Counted from the first letter of the stretch, positions 1 through 57,917 are shown. The stretch: 64,000 nucleotides of DNA from Chrysomallon squamiferum (GCA_012295275.1 CM022667.1:16988001-17052000); one strand, 5' to 3'. Numbers and translations are program-made. The notes: a model not told the origin generated them from the letters alone.

Positions 1-168
1 TTTTCTTCGCCGAGTTTGCATTTTAAGAGTACACATCTGTTTATCGTTTACTGGGGCGACGTGTGACCTGTGTGGCGAGAACGTGACCCGCGTGGCACGG
101 TTATCAGACACTGCAGGGTAACGATTAACATATCGACGTGAATGGTTGGTAGGTTCTTGGATCGCGTC
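1..168 (-). other. possible exon of a neighbouring minus-strand gene running off the window edge
   Basis: Acceptor-like attaacag at 169-176 (minus) is followed by a CpG-rich frame that stays open to base 1 (DAIQEPTNHSRRYVNRYP...QMCTLKMQTRRRK). No recognisable homology. Confidence 0.25.
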
Positions 169-343
169 CTGTTAATGTATTATATATCGTGTTCAAGACT
201 GTCTTTATGTATGTATGTATGTATGTACGTACGTACGTATGTGTGTAGGTTATATATTTGTATACATATATTTGTATATAATAAATATACATACATATAT
301 ATGCATACTCATACACGTTTGTTTCTCTGTTTCAGTGCAGTCA

Positions 344-381
<38 letters not shown>

Positions 382-630
382 GCGACGAAATGATAGAATC
401 TCTATTATTTTTATTTCATTAAACAACACATATATTTTTGCAACATACTTTCATTTGGAATGTATTTGTTTTGTTCTTTTTGTCTGGATTTCGGTTTATA
501 AATCAAAATTATATATATATAAAACCATCTGTTAGTATAAAAGGTTAAGTAAGTTGATAAAGTAGAATTGGAAGATATTTCATTACATCCAATAGTGTAA
601 CGTAAACCATGTTTTGTTTTTAAAAATCCG

Positions 631-754
<124 letters not shown>

Positions 755-877
755 TTATGGTTTTATCTTTACATGGCAAGAACATCTTCTTTAATAGAAC
801 TCTTTCTTTTCTTTCTTTTTTTTTAAAGTATTAGTAGTAGTAACAGTAGTAATAGAAATAATTTTAAAAAAAAGAAA

Positions 878-909
<32 letters not shown>

Positions 910-923
910 TTAACTTGTATATG

Positions 924-3900
924 TTAAGGTATCCACGGCTGCCAGGCACCACCGTGAAGCTTGGGATTTCCTCTTGGATCAAACGGTTTATTTCCAGGAG
1001 GAATCATCGTGTAGCTGTATTCTTGTAATCTCGTCAACAGCTTAATTACAATGTCTTTGTGGTCGTCGGCGATGTTGTTGTATTCACAGGGATCGCTGGG
1101 GATGTGGTAGAGACAAGGTGATTTTTTTGGTTGACAATTTGTGCTAGCATTGGCTGGTTTTGGACCGCATTTGACCCGAACTGACGCCAGCCTAGCGAAT
1201 TTTAAATACGTTTCATGTCCTTGTTTAAGAATTAAATCGTTACGGTCTGTGAAAGTGGTAAAGTTGTCTACGTGCATGATGGCATCGTCGCTGGTTAACT
1301 GCCACGGCGGATACCAGCCGTCCCAGCCGACTCCGACCTCACCAGTTAACAGTTTGTAGTCTCCGACCCTCAGTCCACTCTGTTTTCTGATCGGGTCAAT
1401 GTTGTGCAACATTTCTGATCTAACCGCTTTTCCATTGGTTGACAGCATTTGCCACGAGTCCACGCCGTCGACGTGTTTAAGTGTGGCAGGGTTACCTCCC
1501 GCTGCTCTGAACAGCGTGGGCAGCCAGTCCGTGACGTGCATCATCTGCTCGGCGACGTACCCAGACTGGTGGAATAACGGACTGTGCACAAACCCTGCTC
1601 CGCGTACCCCTCCTTCCCACAGGCTGGCCTTTACACCTCTGTACAATAACAATAATAACAACAACAACAACAATAATAATAACAACAACAATAACAATAT
1701 TTTAATAATAATAAACAAATAAACAAAAATAATAATTATAATAAACAAATATAAAAACGAAGTCTCTAATATTGAGACTGAAGAAGTGTAAGTGTGTCTT
1801 TATTTTAACAGATACTGTTATAGATACTATATGCAAAACTTTAATAATACGTAAGCAGTAACAACAATTCCGATACCTTTCAACTGTGCTCTGTTCTTGA
1901 TATCTTAAAATATGAAACGGAACAGTCTGTTACAGTTTCCAGCACGTGGCAGTCATAGTCGTAACCGTTGTCAAGTGGAATCCACAATGACGTCATAATT
2001 AAATAACTTAACAACCATTATGTTTGTTATCTTACCGTAAGGGATAATTGCTAGCAGCGTTTCCGTCGAAACCATTGGAAGGGCCTCCGTTGTCTGTAGT
2101 GAAAACTATTATTGAGTTTTCCAGCATGCCTCTCTCTTGAAGTGCTTCAACAACCTGACCCACCCCGTCGTCCATTGCGGAAACCATACCTGCAGAAAAA
2201 TAAATAATTCAAAGAAGTGGGAGATAAGAATTCAGTCATATTTTCTATTTCCGTCAACAACAAAATGAGAATAATGTATACTACACACACAGACGAGGGA
2301 GATGGACGGATAGTTGGACAAATGAACGGATGAACATACGAATGGATAAATAAACGGATGAATGGACCTAAATACGGAAAGCATATAAATAAATAAAGTA
2401 TACCAATTTGTATATGTATAATGTATAGGTATATGTAAAGATACTGTATATTTACTGTTTTATATGTTTGTTTATATCTGTGTCTGTCTGTCAGTATGTG
2501 TCTGTTTATTTTTGTGTATATGTGTTTGTGTGTTTGCTTAAGTTAGAAATATTCATTCATTTTGTAGTGGATGTCGTCAGAACATTTATATGCGTATATA
2601 AATGCGCGTATGCACCTCTATGTTTGGTTTAAATACGCCTATAATCTTTCTGTACCGTTAGACTTTTGAGTGTCAGTCTTTCTGTCTGTCTGTCTGTCTG
2701 TCTATCTGTATATCTCCCTCTCTATCTATCTGTCTATCTGTCTGTCTATGTGTGTATGGGTAAAGTGTGTATATATATTCATAAAAAAATTTAAAGTATT
2801 ATATTTCTAGACCTAACAGAAAACAATAAATGTTCTTCTGAAGACATAAATTCAGATAAAGAAATGAACCTGCGTAGAGTCGCCGCTTCATGTTCTGGAT
2901 GTGTGGAAATCTCTCAACGTATTTCTCGGGAGCTTGAAGAGGGAAAGCATCGAGATTACCACTGTGAACTGCTTGATACGGTAAATAGAGGAACAGTGGC
3001 TGCAAAACATCAAAATAAGTAAATAAATAAATAGAAAAAAATCTATAATAATAATAATAATAATACATTATATGTAGACGTTAATATGAAAAATCCTCGT
3101 TTTTGCCTATATTTTATTGGTTTTACAGACTTTCCATTTTTTTCAAAAATTGCTGTATATACAAATATACTCTAGAAAGGATCCAGTATTTCGGTAAAGG
3201 TAGTGTCAGTAATATTTTACAAATTGTATTATACAGAAAACTTAAATATTCGAAAACAAACAAAGACGCGTTACAGTGAATGTGTATGTAGCTTTAAAAC
3301 AAGTTTCAGAAATGATGAACAACTGACCTCAGATGTATTGTGTCTCTGGACGATGCTCACTGCTTCCGCTGTAAATAGTTCCGTGGAATATAGTCCCGTG
3401 TAGTTGTCTAACAGCTGTAGGTCACGATGAAAGTCTAAACCCCACTGAGACTTTAAAAAAATAATAATAATAAATAAACGTATATGTACTTATAGTTAAA
3501 GAAACACTCCATAAAAACAACACGCGCTCACCTGTTGGAGTTAAGAATTTATAAGTAATAATAAAAAAAATTGAAACTGATATTGTTAAAATATTAGAAT
3601 CAGTTTCCTTTTCGTTATGTTACATGAAAGAACATTTTTTTCTTAAAAACAACTTTTAAAGCTCAAACTTTATATTAAAAACTAAATAAATAGACTGATA
3701 AACAGACAGACAAAAACAAACAGATAGATTTATAAAAAAAATTAAAGGCTTTGTGAACGTTATACTCTTAGCAAATACTGTATATGTGTATATGTCAGTG
3801 TATTTGTCTGTCTATCTGTTTCGGTGTATGTATTTCTGTTTCATACGAGAAAGGCTTCAGAAGTATGATCGAAGTAGTCTTCACATCCCAGCCAGTACCC

Positions 3901-4330
3901 GAAATGTGACTCAAAACCTCGATACGTTGGAAGATATTCTTTAGCAAAGAATCCCAGATGCCACTGAAATAATAATAACGATATACATTATAATAATATT
4001 ATCAAAACTTTCAGAATCACCTTAGAAATAACTTTTGTTTCAGTAACTTCTATTATTCAGTGAAATATTAATTAATGTGTGAGAAATATTTTACAAACAG
4101 TTTCAGCAAGTAAATTTTGATGTTAATGAATCTAAGTAAATATTGGCTTTTTCTGTTTTTAATTTTCTGTTTTTAAATTATCTCACGTAACAGAAATTTT
4201 TTAATATTTATCTTTATTTATTCCTTGGGAATATTCTTTCTTTAACGTGGCTTGTCATAAACTGGAGATAAAAAGCTTTATCAGCAAGGAAAAAGAGCAA
4301 CAAAGCAAGAAGGCTGACGTGATTATACCG

Positions 4331-4414
<84 letters not shown>

Positions 4415-4493
4415 CACACACACATACAAACACACACACACTCTCACACAAACTAACATACATACATACTCTCTCTCTCAGACACACACACAT

Positions 4494-4592
<99 letters not shown>

Positions 4593-5858
4593 TCACACAC
4601 ACACACTCATCAGCTAACCCCCATACACACAGAATCATGCATTGGACAGTCTTAAGATACGGGCATCCTGGACAGCTGACGTGGGCTGCATCGGTCTATG
4701 GGTCCATGTGCGTCTTTGCCAGTGGCCTGTATTGCTGCTAAGAATACCTGGTCATGCACACACTAAACGCACCTATTATTTCCCTTACGTTACGAATGGT
4801 TCTGATTTGTACCTTGCCCACGGCGTGTCGCCTGTAACCAAGCTGTTCGAAGTACTGAGGCATGATTTTCTCTGAAAGCGGAAGACCGTACGGCTGGTCT
4901 CCTACAATCACACTGTGCTGCATTCCTGGAGAAAAAGATAATAGTTCTTAATTATAATGTATTTATTTATTTATTTATTGCACCTTTATTTGGGTTGCTT
5001 ATGTGTATAATATCTAACTGAAGGTGCGTTTTATATACACACATACACACGCACGCACGCACGCACACACATAACTTTAGTATTAATACATAGCTTGTGA
5101 TTTGATAGCACAGGTATCTTTTCCACTGTCACCAATGAACAGGCTGAAGAGAAAACATGCATATGGAAAACAAAAATAAAGGATAGATGGACGAATAGAC
5201 AGTCATATTTACGTTAACAGACATACTGATAGATAAAGAAAGTACATTTATATGTATACACGCTATATTAATTTTAGTATTAGTTTTCTTCCATCTGCTC
5301 AGGTACTGAAGGTGATACTGAGACTTTCATTCCAAAGATGTTACTCAACAAACCTGTGTGTATTGGATGTCTGCCTGTGAGCAGGGCGCTTCTAGTGGGG
5401 GTACAGATAGGGGAGACGTAGTAGTTGTTGAGAATAATGCCGCTGTATGCCAGCTTGTCTATGTTAGGGGTCGGGATCTGCATGGATCCGTGAAAACTGA
5501 CGTCATTCCAGCCCTGACATGTTTGAAAAGGTAAAAAGATGATTATTTGAGTGTGTGTGTGGGGGGGGGTTTTAAGATTAGATAGACAGATATATACTTT
5601 TTACTGTAAATGACATGACTGAAGTTGAAATATGCATTATATCATTATAAGAAAAAAATAAACTTATAAAACAAGTATATTTTACTCTGTGTAATGTGCC
5701 TGCCAAAAAAAAAAAATATATATATATATGTATATTTGTATTCAACATACCAAATCGTCTGCGACTATTAATATAATGTTAGGTCGAGATGTTGATGTTG
5801 TTGCTGTAGACGTTGTAACGAATACGAGAAGAAACAGTTTTAGGAACAGTAACATCAT
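924..5858 (-). CDS. arylsulfatase B-like (ARSB/ARSI/ARSJ family) sulfatase with signal peptide
   Basis: Eight phase-consistent GT-AG coding exons: 5751-5858, 5354-5513, 4813-4925, 3847-3963, 3328-3450, 2870-2999, 2036-2189, 924-1638. Motifs: hydrophobic N-terminus [31 protein letters not shown], formylglycine motif [73 protein letters not shown]-terminal DPCEYNN...GAWQPW. The exact paralog cannot be assigned. Confidence 0.93.
4334..4606. repeat. paired (CT)n/(CA)n microsatellites in sulfatase intron 3
   Basis: (CT)n at 4334-4412 and 4497-4588, each followed by (CA)n. Confidence 0.95.
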
Positions 5859-6231
5859 GATTTCATTCTGAAAAAAAAAATAATAATAATAATAATAATA
5901 ACAACAACAATATGTAAGTAAGAAAATAAGAGGCATTTTCTATGAAATAAACAAACTGATGTTAACAGTATTCCAGAACAAGCGGTAGAAAGATAAGAAA
6001 ATATTACTGTAATGCAGATAAGGGGAGGGGGCTCGTACGTGTGAGGCATGCATCCATGCGTGAAATAATCCAGTTTCCGACAGAGACTACAGCTTAGTTT
6101 TGGTGAAATGAACAGCTATTTATCAATTCATTTTTAATAATTTATGTTATATTTTTGTTAAATTTTCATAGAGACGAATGTATTTAACCGCGGAAGTGTA
6201 AACAGTATAACATCTGTCTGTACTAACCTTT

Positions 6232-6244
6232 TGACCTTTGACCT
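6232..6244 (-). promoter_or_regulatory. perfect DR1 nuclear-receptor-type element (AGGTCA-A-AGGTCA) upstream of the sulfatase CDS
   Basis: TGACCTTTGACCT on the plus strand; an ETS-like CGGAAGTG is nearby at 6191-6198. Function untested. Confidence 0.3.
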
Positions 6245-7041
6245 GAAATAATGTGACCAGATTTTTTCAATAACGTTTTAGAAAAGGTGTTTATAATCTT
6301 AAAAACTGAATCTAACCTGCGATTTAAAGATCATTAGGTAAAACTTCGATGACACAGTATTTAAGATATTACGTAAATAATAAGCAGACGTTTATTAAGT
6401 TTTATCAGTGTAATGCACTAACAGCGATAAAAGTGATTCAAGAAAAGTATCAACACATAAACAAAGTCATCATCTTTGTTTTTAAATAAGTACTTACCAG
6501 CGGAGATAGAAAGTATTTCTGTAAAGAAAAACATTAAAGTTAACATGACACATTGTTTGCCGCCAAGCTGTCAGTCATCCATCGTTTGTTTCTGTAGACA
6601 TGAATGTAACATATGCTAAGCAAACGAACTTTAGGGGGTGTGAAAAGAAAACAAAGGAAGGAGAAATAAACTGAATCAGTCGAATTAACTTAATTCTTCT
6701 ATCTCTCAAAAAATACACGATGTTTTAAAGATTCTATACGAAGGTACGATGCTTACTATTTTACAGATTTATGTGAGGTTTAATAATTTTAATTCCAAAA
6801 TATACCTACAGTGATTTTTCTCGATGCCCTAGATTTCTTTGTCGGTTATAACTAACAACACGTGAGCTGATCAATAAGATAAGTTCATGGCTGTTTAATA
6901 TGTGTTTATTTATATATTGATTTAATGGCGTACATAGCTGTATAAATAGTATTTACGGCAGTCATAATATAATTAAACCATGTGATTTACAAGGAAATAC
7001 AACAGTAAGAAAGAAGATTAATTTTCACTTAATTAATAGAG

Positions 7042-7049
7042 AAAAAAAA
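7042..7049 (-). terminator. Pol III oligo-T terminator of tRNA-Glu
   Basis: A8 on plus (T8 on minus), one base 3' of the tRNA. Confidence 0.75.
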
Positions 7050-7050
7050 G

Positions 7051-7122
7051 TTCCCAAGCGGGGAATCGAACCCCGGCCGTCGCGGTGAGAGCGCGAAATC
7101 CTAACCACTAGACCACTTGGGA
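7051..7122 (-). tRNA. tRNA-Glu, anticodon CTC
   Basis: Reverse complement TCCCAAGTGGTCTAGTGGTTAGGATTTCGCGCTCTCACCGCGACGGCCGGGGTTCGATTCCCCGCTTGGGAA folds as a cloverleaf. Anticodon arm TCGCG-CT-CTC-AC-CGCGA; A and B boxes intact. Confidence 0.96.
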
Positions 7123-7323
7123 AGTTACAAATGCTATTTGACAAAATCTAGATAAAGCACGATTTTTGTTTGTGCCAGCAATACAAAAAGAAACAGACTG
7201 GCAATACGTTCTGGTGTTACACAGCAAAAGTTACAGTGCATTATCATGGCGGACATTTCAAAACATGTTCGGACAGGGAACTCTCGATGAACATAATAAT
7301 TTAATTTTACATTTGATTTCATT

Positions 7324-36003
<28,680 letters not shown>

Positions 36004-36249
36004 TCACAATATAATGTAATTACTTTTATACTGAAACATTCATACTGAAGTATTAAGTCACCTCTGCTGTTTGATAAAGATTAAAATGTTAATAATGACC
36101 CAAATATAATTTAATTACTGTTTATATTGAAACTGTCATGTCAAAATATTAAGTCAGCTTTGCAAATAATAAAATACGACATTTACTGTTTGACAAAAAT
36201 TTAAATATTGTTTAATTATTAGTAATGTTAAAGGAGCCCTGTGTGTTAC

Positions 36250-36255
36250 AATAAA
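36250..36255 (+). terminator. candidate RTTN polyadenylation signal AATAAA
   Basis: About 250 nt after the stop; another AATAAA at about 36168. Confidence 0.4.
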
Positions 36256-36444
36256 CAGTTAAGAACAGGCTTTGTATCAGGTTTCAGCAGGATTGAATAA
36301 TGTAAATATTTCAGAAATTAAAACATCCGTCCATTTGTATTATGTTTCATTATTATGTGGGTTTTTTACAGAAAACAAAATTTTATATTATAATTTAAGA
36401 ATCATGAAAATAAAATTGTATCATACAGTATATCCTTGTTCTGT

Positions 36445-36496
<52 letters not shown>

Positions 36497-36559
36497 AGTG
36501 TCCACGTGGGTCAAGAATTTCTTCAGTCTCAACTAATCATGATGTGTTGTATTTGGCAG

Positions 36560-36790
36560 AGTCTGAGATGTAATGTGATGTTGGGTCAAACCCTCATGGT
36601 GGACCCATGAAGTATTTTTTATTCTAGAGTGGTCCAATGTAACAAAATGCTATGGTATATACTATCCTGTCTTTGGAATAGTGCTACTAAAACACTCCTT
36701 GCTGCTAATTAGAAAGAGTTGCCAAATGATGTGGCAGCAGTGGATTTCATCTCATCATCTGAATGATCCTTAATCTCATAAATAAAAACC
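36560..36790 (+). mobile_element. decayed tRNA-derived SINE-like repeat
   Basis: Decayed B-box-like head gggtcaaaccctc; core gctatggtatatactatcctgtctttggaatagtgctactaaaacactccttgctgctaat shared in reverse with 46965-47022 and 55372-55402. Confidence 0.55.
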
Positions 36791-37832
36791 ATAAATCTTT
36801 GTCAAGTCAGAAAAATTAAAAAGAAAATAAATGTGTATTTACTTGATTTATTATTGTGACTTTTGAGCACATAACAAGTTTTGTCTGATGTTGCCAGACA
36901 TGGATTCATTTTGTTACAAAAATATGTACAGCCAAAATAAATATTGTACAATATGGAATTTTATTACATTAAAACACAAACCATCAAATGTCAATCCCCA
37001 ACAATAAATACCTTGCCATATAAAAGCCATGAAAAAAAAATAAAAAAAAATCTGATAATCATACATTCATACAATGAGTTTTTAAATAAATTCAAATGAC
37101 AAAAAGAAAAAATCATTCATATTATTCAGTCATACAATGTTCAAGTCATAAATAAAACTCTTACCTCAACAAAATGTATTTTTAAAAACTGATTTTTTAA
37201 TTTCTCTATTATCTACGTAATTATTAGTTAACTAATCATTTACTATCAAACATAGAAACTACACAATAAAAAATATATTTTTTTAAAATTAAATTCATAC
37301 TATTCTACATATATTTTAATTTCTTATATTATACATGTTTAATCTTTACAAAATAATAATGTATAAAAATTTACAACAATAAAAATATACATTAATTTAA
37401 TTTTCTTTAAGTAACTGTTTTACATCAGTCAATTTCCATTAGCTGAATTTCCTCATTTCAGTCATCTAATTAAATGTTATACTTTCTTCTCTTATAAAAT
37501 AATCTGATACTAATGAATGCTTTAATAATAACTTGACACGATATTAAAACAAAAATTCTGAAACTGAGTGTAATACTTGGGGATTTTTTTCTTACTTAAA
37601 ATTATAGTTTAAAAAATGGATAAAAACTTATTTTTTCTAATCATTCACATTAGTGTATCTGGTTTTTAGCAATAATAATAATAATAATAAAATATATCTA
37701 TCTGTTTGGAAGCGTATTATAAACAATGTAGATGGCAGATCACACCCAAATATGGCAGTGATGAGTGCTAATTAAAAACAAAAATACAGTCTATAGGGAG
37801 ACAATACATTACAGAAAAATCAAACAGTTTTA

Positions 37833-37866
<34 letters not shown>

Positions 37867-38414
37867 TTTTTAATTTTATTTATTTAATTATTTTTGTTAT
37901 TGTTTTCATTAAGTTTGTGTAAAGCATTACTGCGTAATTACATATAGATATATTTTACTAATTTTTTTAAATTTTATAATTTTAATTTTTTTATATGCCT
38001 TCTCTACAAGTAAGGAACCTTAAACCTGAATCAGAAATATAGGATTTCCAGTACAAAATAAACAACATTAAAAGACTGCTGATATTACCCATCAACACTT
38101 CTAACAGATAAATCTGGATACTTGGGTAGCTGGCCCAGGACAGTCCTGCCTGATCCTCCTGCAGCCTAATCATATCACAGACTAATCATTGCAAACACTT
38201 TGGGGTATCAAGAGTATAGTAATTGAGTTTGTAAATAAGCTTGTCAAATGTTATTAGTACTAGTATATGCACACTGTCATACATTCACTTATAACAGAAA
38301 ATATTTATAAATATTTAAGAAATGTGAAGTAAAGTTTTGTGCGTTTTGTAGTAAGGAAATTCATAATCCTAAGCAAAACATAGCAGTCACCCCAGCATTT
38401 ATTTACTTACACTT

Positions 38415-38449
<35 letters not shown>

Positions 38450-38872
38450 TCCCTTCAAATGAATTTGTCTTTACAGAAAAAGCCATTTATTTTCGGAAGG
38501 TTTAACCACTTAGTAATGATAGCATTTTGCACTTTTCCAAGTTCCATCAATAATACATTGACAGGATATTAAAAAAATTAAAACATTTAAATTTGTAAAG
38601 AAAGCTTTTTTCCATTTATATTTTCTTTTTTCCATTTATATTTTCTTTTTTATTTTTTAGTATTTTTATTTTAAGTTATAAAAATAATTCCATTTATTCT
38701 TAAAACATTACTTCTCCTTCCCTTAAACAAAGCCTAAAACATTAAAAATGTCCATAAAACATCAGTTAAAAGATATTTTGTTTTGCTGTTTTATCAGAAT
38801 GGTAACAACACTGCATCTACATAAATCATAAAAACATTTAAAAAGTAAAGTGTAAAAATAAAAAAATAACTA

Positions 38873-38990
38873 CAGCAGAGCCTTTATTTAACAGAGGTAA
38901 ACGGTTAAACAAGTTAATCAGAGGTACTGTAAGAGAATTAACAAGATTGTTCTGCTGAATATGAAGTGAATTTAAATCAAGGGTTTACTG
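38873..38990. mobile_element. 118-bp MITE with TA flanks
   Basis: TA-CAGCAGAGCCTTTATTTAA ... TTAAATCAAGGGTTTACTG-TA; TIR resembles that of 29641-29947. Confidence 0.55.
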
Positions 38991-40530
38991 TATTTCTAAC
39001 TAAAACTACATATACGTATGTATGTATGTATGTATGTATGTATGTATGTATGTATATGTATTAACTTATTCTCTCTTGAAAACTCTTTTTTTAAATCAGT
39101 GATAGAAGCCAAAGAAACAAAATATTAAAAATTAATAAAAAAATAATAAAAATCATTACAAAAGATTATAATTTAATTATATTAAATTTGTCATGGGAAT
39201 TAACTTTCAAAATGGCGACAGTGGATATACTATGAAAATAAAATGTATTTCTTTTTTCTTTATTTTTCTTTGTATATATATTTTTGTTTTACGTAAACAT
39301 CCACCATAATATGAAACTGAAAACATAACCTAAGTTACTAATTGCAAAAAGGTTGTTTTTATGCATATAAAACTGAAATTTCAGTAAAAAAAAAATAATA
39401 ATAATAATAATAAAAAATAATAATAATAAATAATAATAATAATAAATTGTAAATATAAGTGACCTTTTATGCTAAAACTTTTATTTTAATGGTCTAGCTA
39501 TTTATTTATTTATTTATTCAGTTTTTGCTTTGTTTAATGAGATGACTATTATATCATGTAAACGTTATTTCAGTATCCCTATATCACAATTACATGTATA
39601 TAATTATATACCATTAATAATGAGACCATAAATCAATCCTTTTCACATATACAAACACATACACACAGCATAACACCAATAATATTTGATTACAGTCATG
39701 TTTCATCATACAAAAAACATTAACAATCTATAGAAATAACAAAAAAAATCACAATTCACCAAGTAAAAACACCTACTGGAAAATCCAAAAAATTGTTTTT
39801 AATACTTTAGACACTTTCATGAATAAATAAAAAAATAAAAAAATTAATATATAAATATATAAATATATAAATAAATAATATGTATTTTGTGTACTTTTAT
39901 AATACAGTAAAATGAAATTAATAAAATAAAAATAAATAAAAATTAAAAATTAACAAGAAACAATCACAAACAGAATTTGTCTATCATAATAAAATTCTGT
40001 TTCTTACACTTAGCCTTATGTTAATTCTGACTGAATCAGAGTTAAACTTATTTTACAAACTATCTTTAATCCTTATTTTAAGTCTGCCCTGAAAACTTGC
40101 TATAACTAATGTTGCTGAGTCAATCAATGCCCGAGATGTGAAAGATGACAAGATCAAACCTGCTTGGTCCACCAACTGTGTTTTACTAACAAAATACAAA
40201 CATTTATAACAAGGAACTGTATATTTGATAATCAGTGAACAGCAGTCAATGTGGCAAGTTTTATGATTTTATTTTATACAATATGGGAGCATTATTCAAT
40301 GTGTCAGTGTATCTGTGTGGGTGTGTTTGTGTGTGTGGATAAGTTACATGGCTTGAAATGGATGTTTGTGAACAGTCACATGCTTGTTAATGTATATGAA
40401 ACATATGACAGGTTTTAGCTCAAAACCTCACTGGAACCACTAACCTTGATTTACATTTACAAAAAGATGCTTGTATTATCAATCTGCCATCACTAATAGA
40501 CTGAATAGAAATTTGTAAAAGCTATATTTC

Positions 40531-40571
<41 letters not shown>

Positions 40572-40658
40572 AATAATTTTAATTTTAGAATTCAGATCAT
40601 GATGTTATATAATGATCTTTTATAAATTTCTATTAACTGCAAAATGATTTTAAATGTA

Positions 40659-40716
<58 letters not shown>

Positions 40717-40978
40717 TAAACAAATAAACAACAATGGTAAGAACACCACCACTTGTTGAAAACTTTTAACAGTGTAAATTTTAAAATTTTAAAAATTGAA
40801 AAAACTAATAATAAAAATAATAAAGTATGACATAAAATATCGGACCTGCCAAACAAGATAAGAAAACCTCAAAAATGAGATAGTTAGAATAGATGTTTAT
40901 CAGTATGATACAGCTGAATGCAGCTTAAAGATAAGTTATCATTAATCAAAACATACACAAATACAACCCACACACACA

Positions 40979-41018
<40 letters not shown>

Positions 41019-41536
41019 AAAGAACACACCTTCTTTACACCTTCAAACATGCACAAAGGAGTTAAGTGCACTTAAGTAAACTTTAATTTACCACAAATGT
41101 TTTTGGTTTTTTTTGTTGTTTTTTCACTAAACTGCCCTCTGTATCCTTCTAGGGAAATTTGTATACAGTACAAAATTACTTAGATTGTGTAATTCAAGCC
41201 AGTATAACAGATATCAGGTTAAATTTTCATTGCTGTGTACATGCATAATATTCTTTATACATTTTTTTTGATAATTAAATAATTAATTATTTTATTTTAA
41301 CCATTTGACAAATTTCTTTTTTAAAAAAAAAATATATATATATAAATAACAAATTTAAACTTTTTTAAATAATTAAAAACACCACATTATATAAAGATTC
41401 CTAAGAAAAATAATAAATTAAACCAAGAAATCCCTCAATCACTTGTTTGATGCATCTTCTTTTCTTTTCCCAATTATTTTTCAACCCAGACATGCTTCAC
41501 TTTTGTTCTCATTAAGAAAATAAATAAATAAATATA

Positions 41537-41567
<31 letters not shown>

Positions 41568-42070
41568 ATGCATTTTCAGTTGGTGTTTTTAATTTTAAGT
41601 TGAATTTGTTTTAACAAACTAGAAAGTCTTGCACACTGAAAGGACAATGTTCAGTTGCTACATGAATTTATTACTTATCAACATTTCCCAAACAGACACC
41701 CTTAAAGCTTACTTTATGATCTTACAAAATTGCCAAACTGGATCAGATATAATATCAACATATCCTGAACAGTGCCTCATGCATTTTACATTTATTTATT
41801 GTTTTAATTTAATTTCAGTTGTTAAAGCTGGATTTCTCAAAACTTTAGTTCAGTTATTATACTGTTTGATCACCAACAAATCCCAGAAGAATATGGCTTA
41901 AAAATTTTAAATTCAATTTTATTTGTTATAGCACTGATTTTTCAGTTAACATTTCTTGTTTGCATTCTCTATAATGTCTTTTAGCTTAAAACCGTATTAC
42001 ATCTAAATCCTGCTCACTAAGAGGTACATATTAAGTTTACAATGGCCCCAACCCCACCCAGTGGTTTTTG

Positions 42071-57917
<15,847 letters not shown>

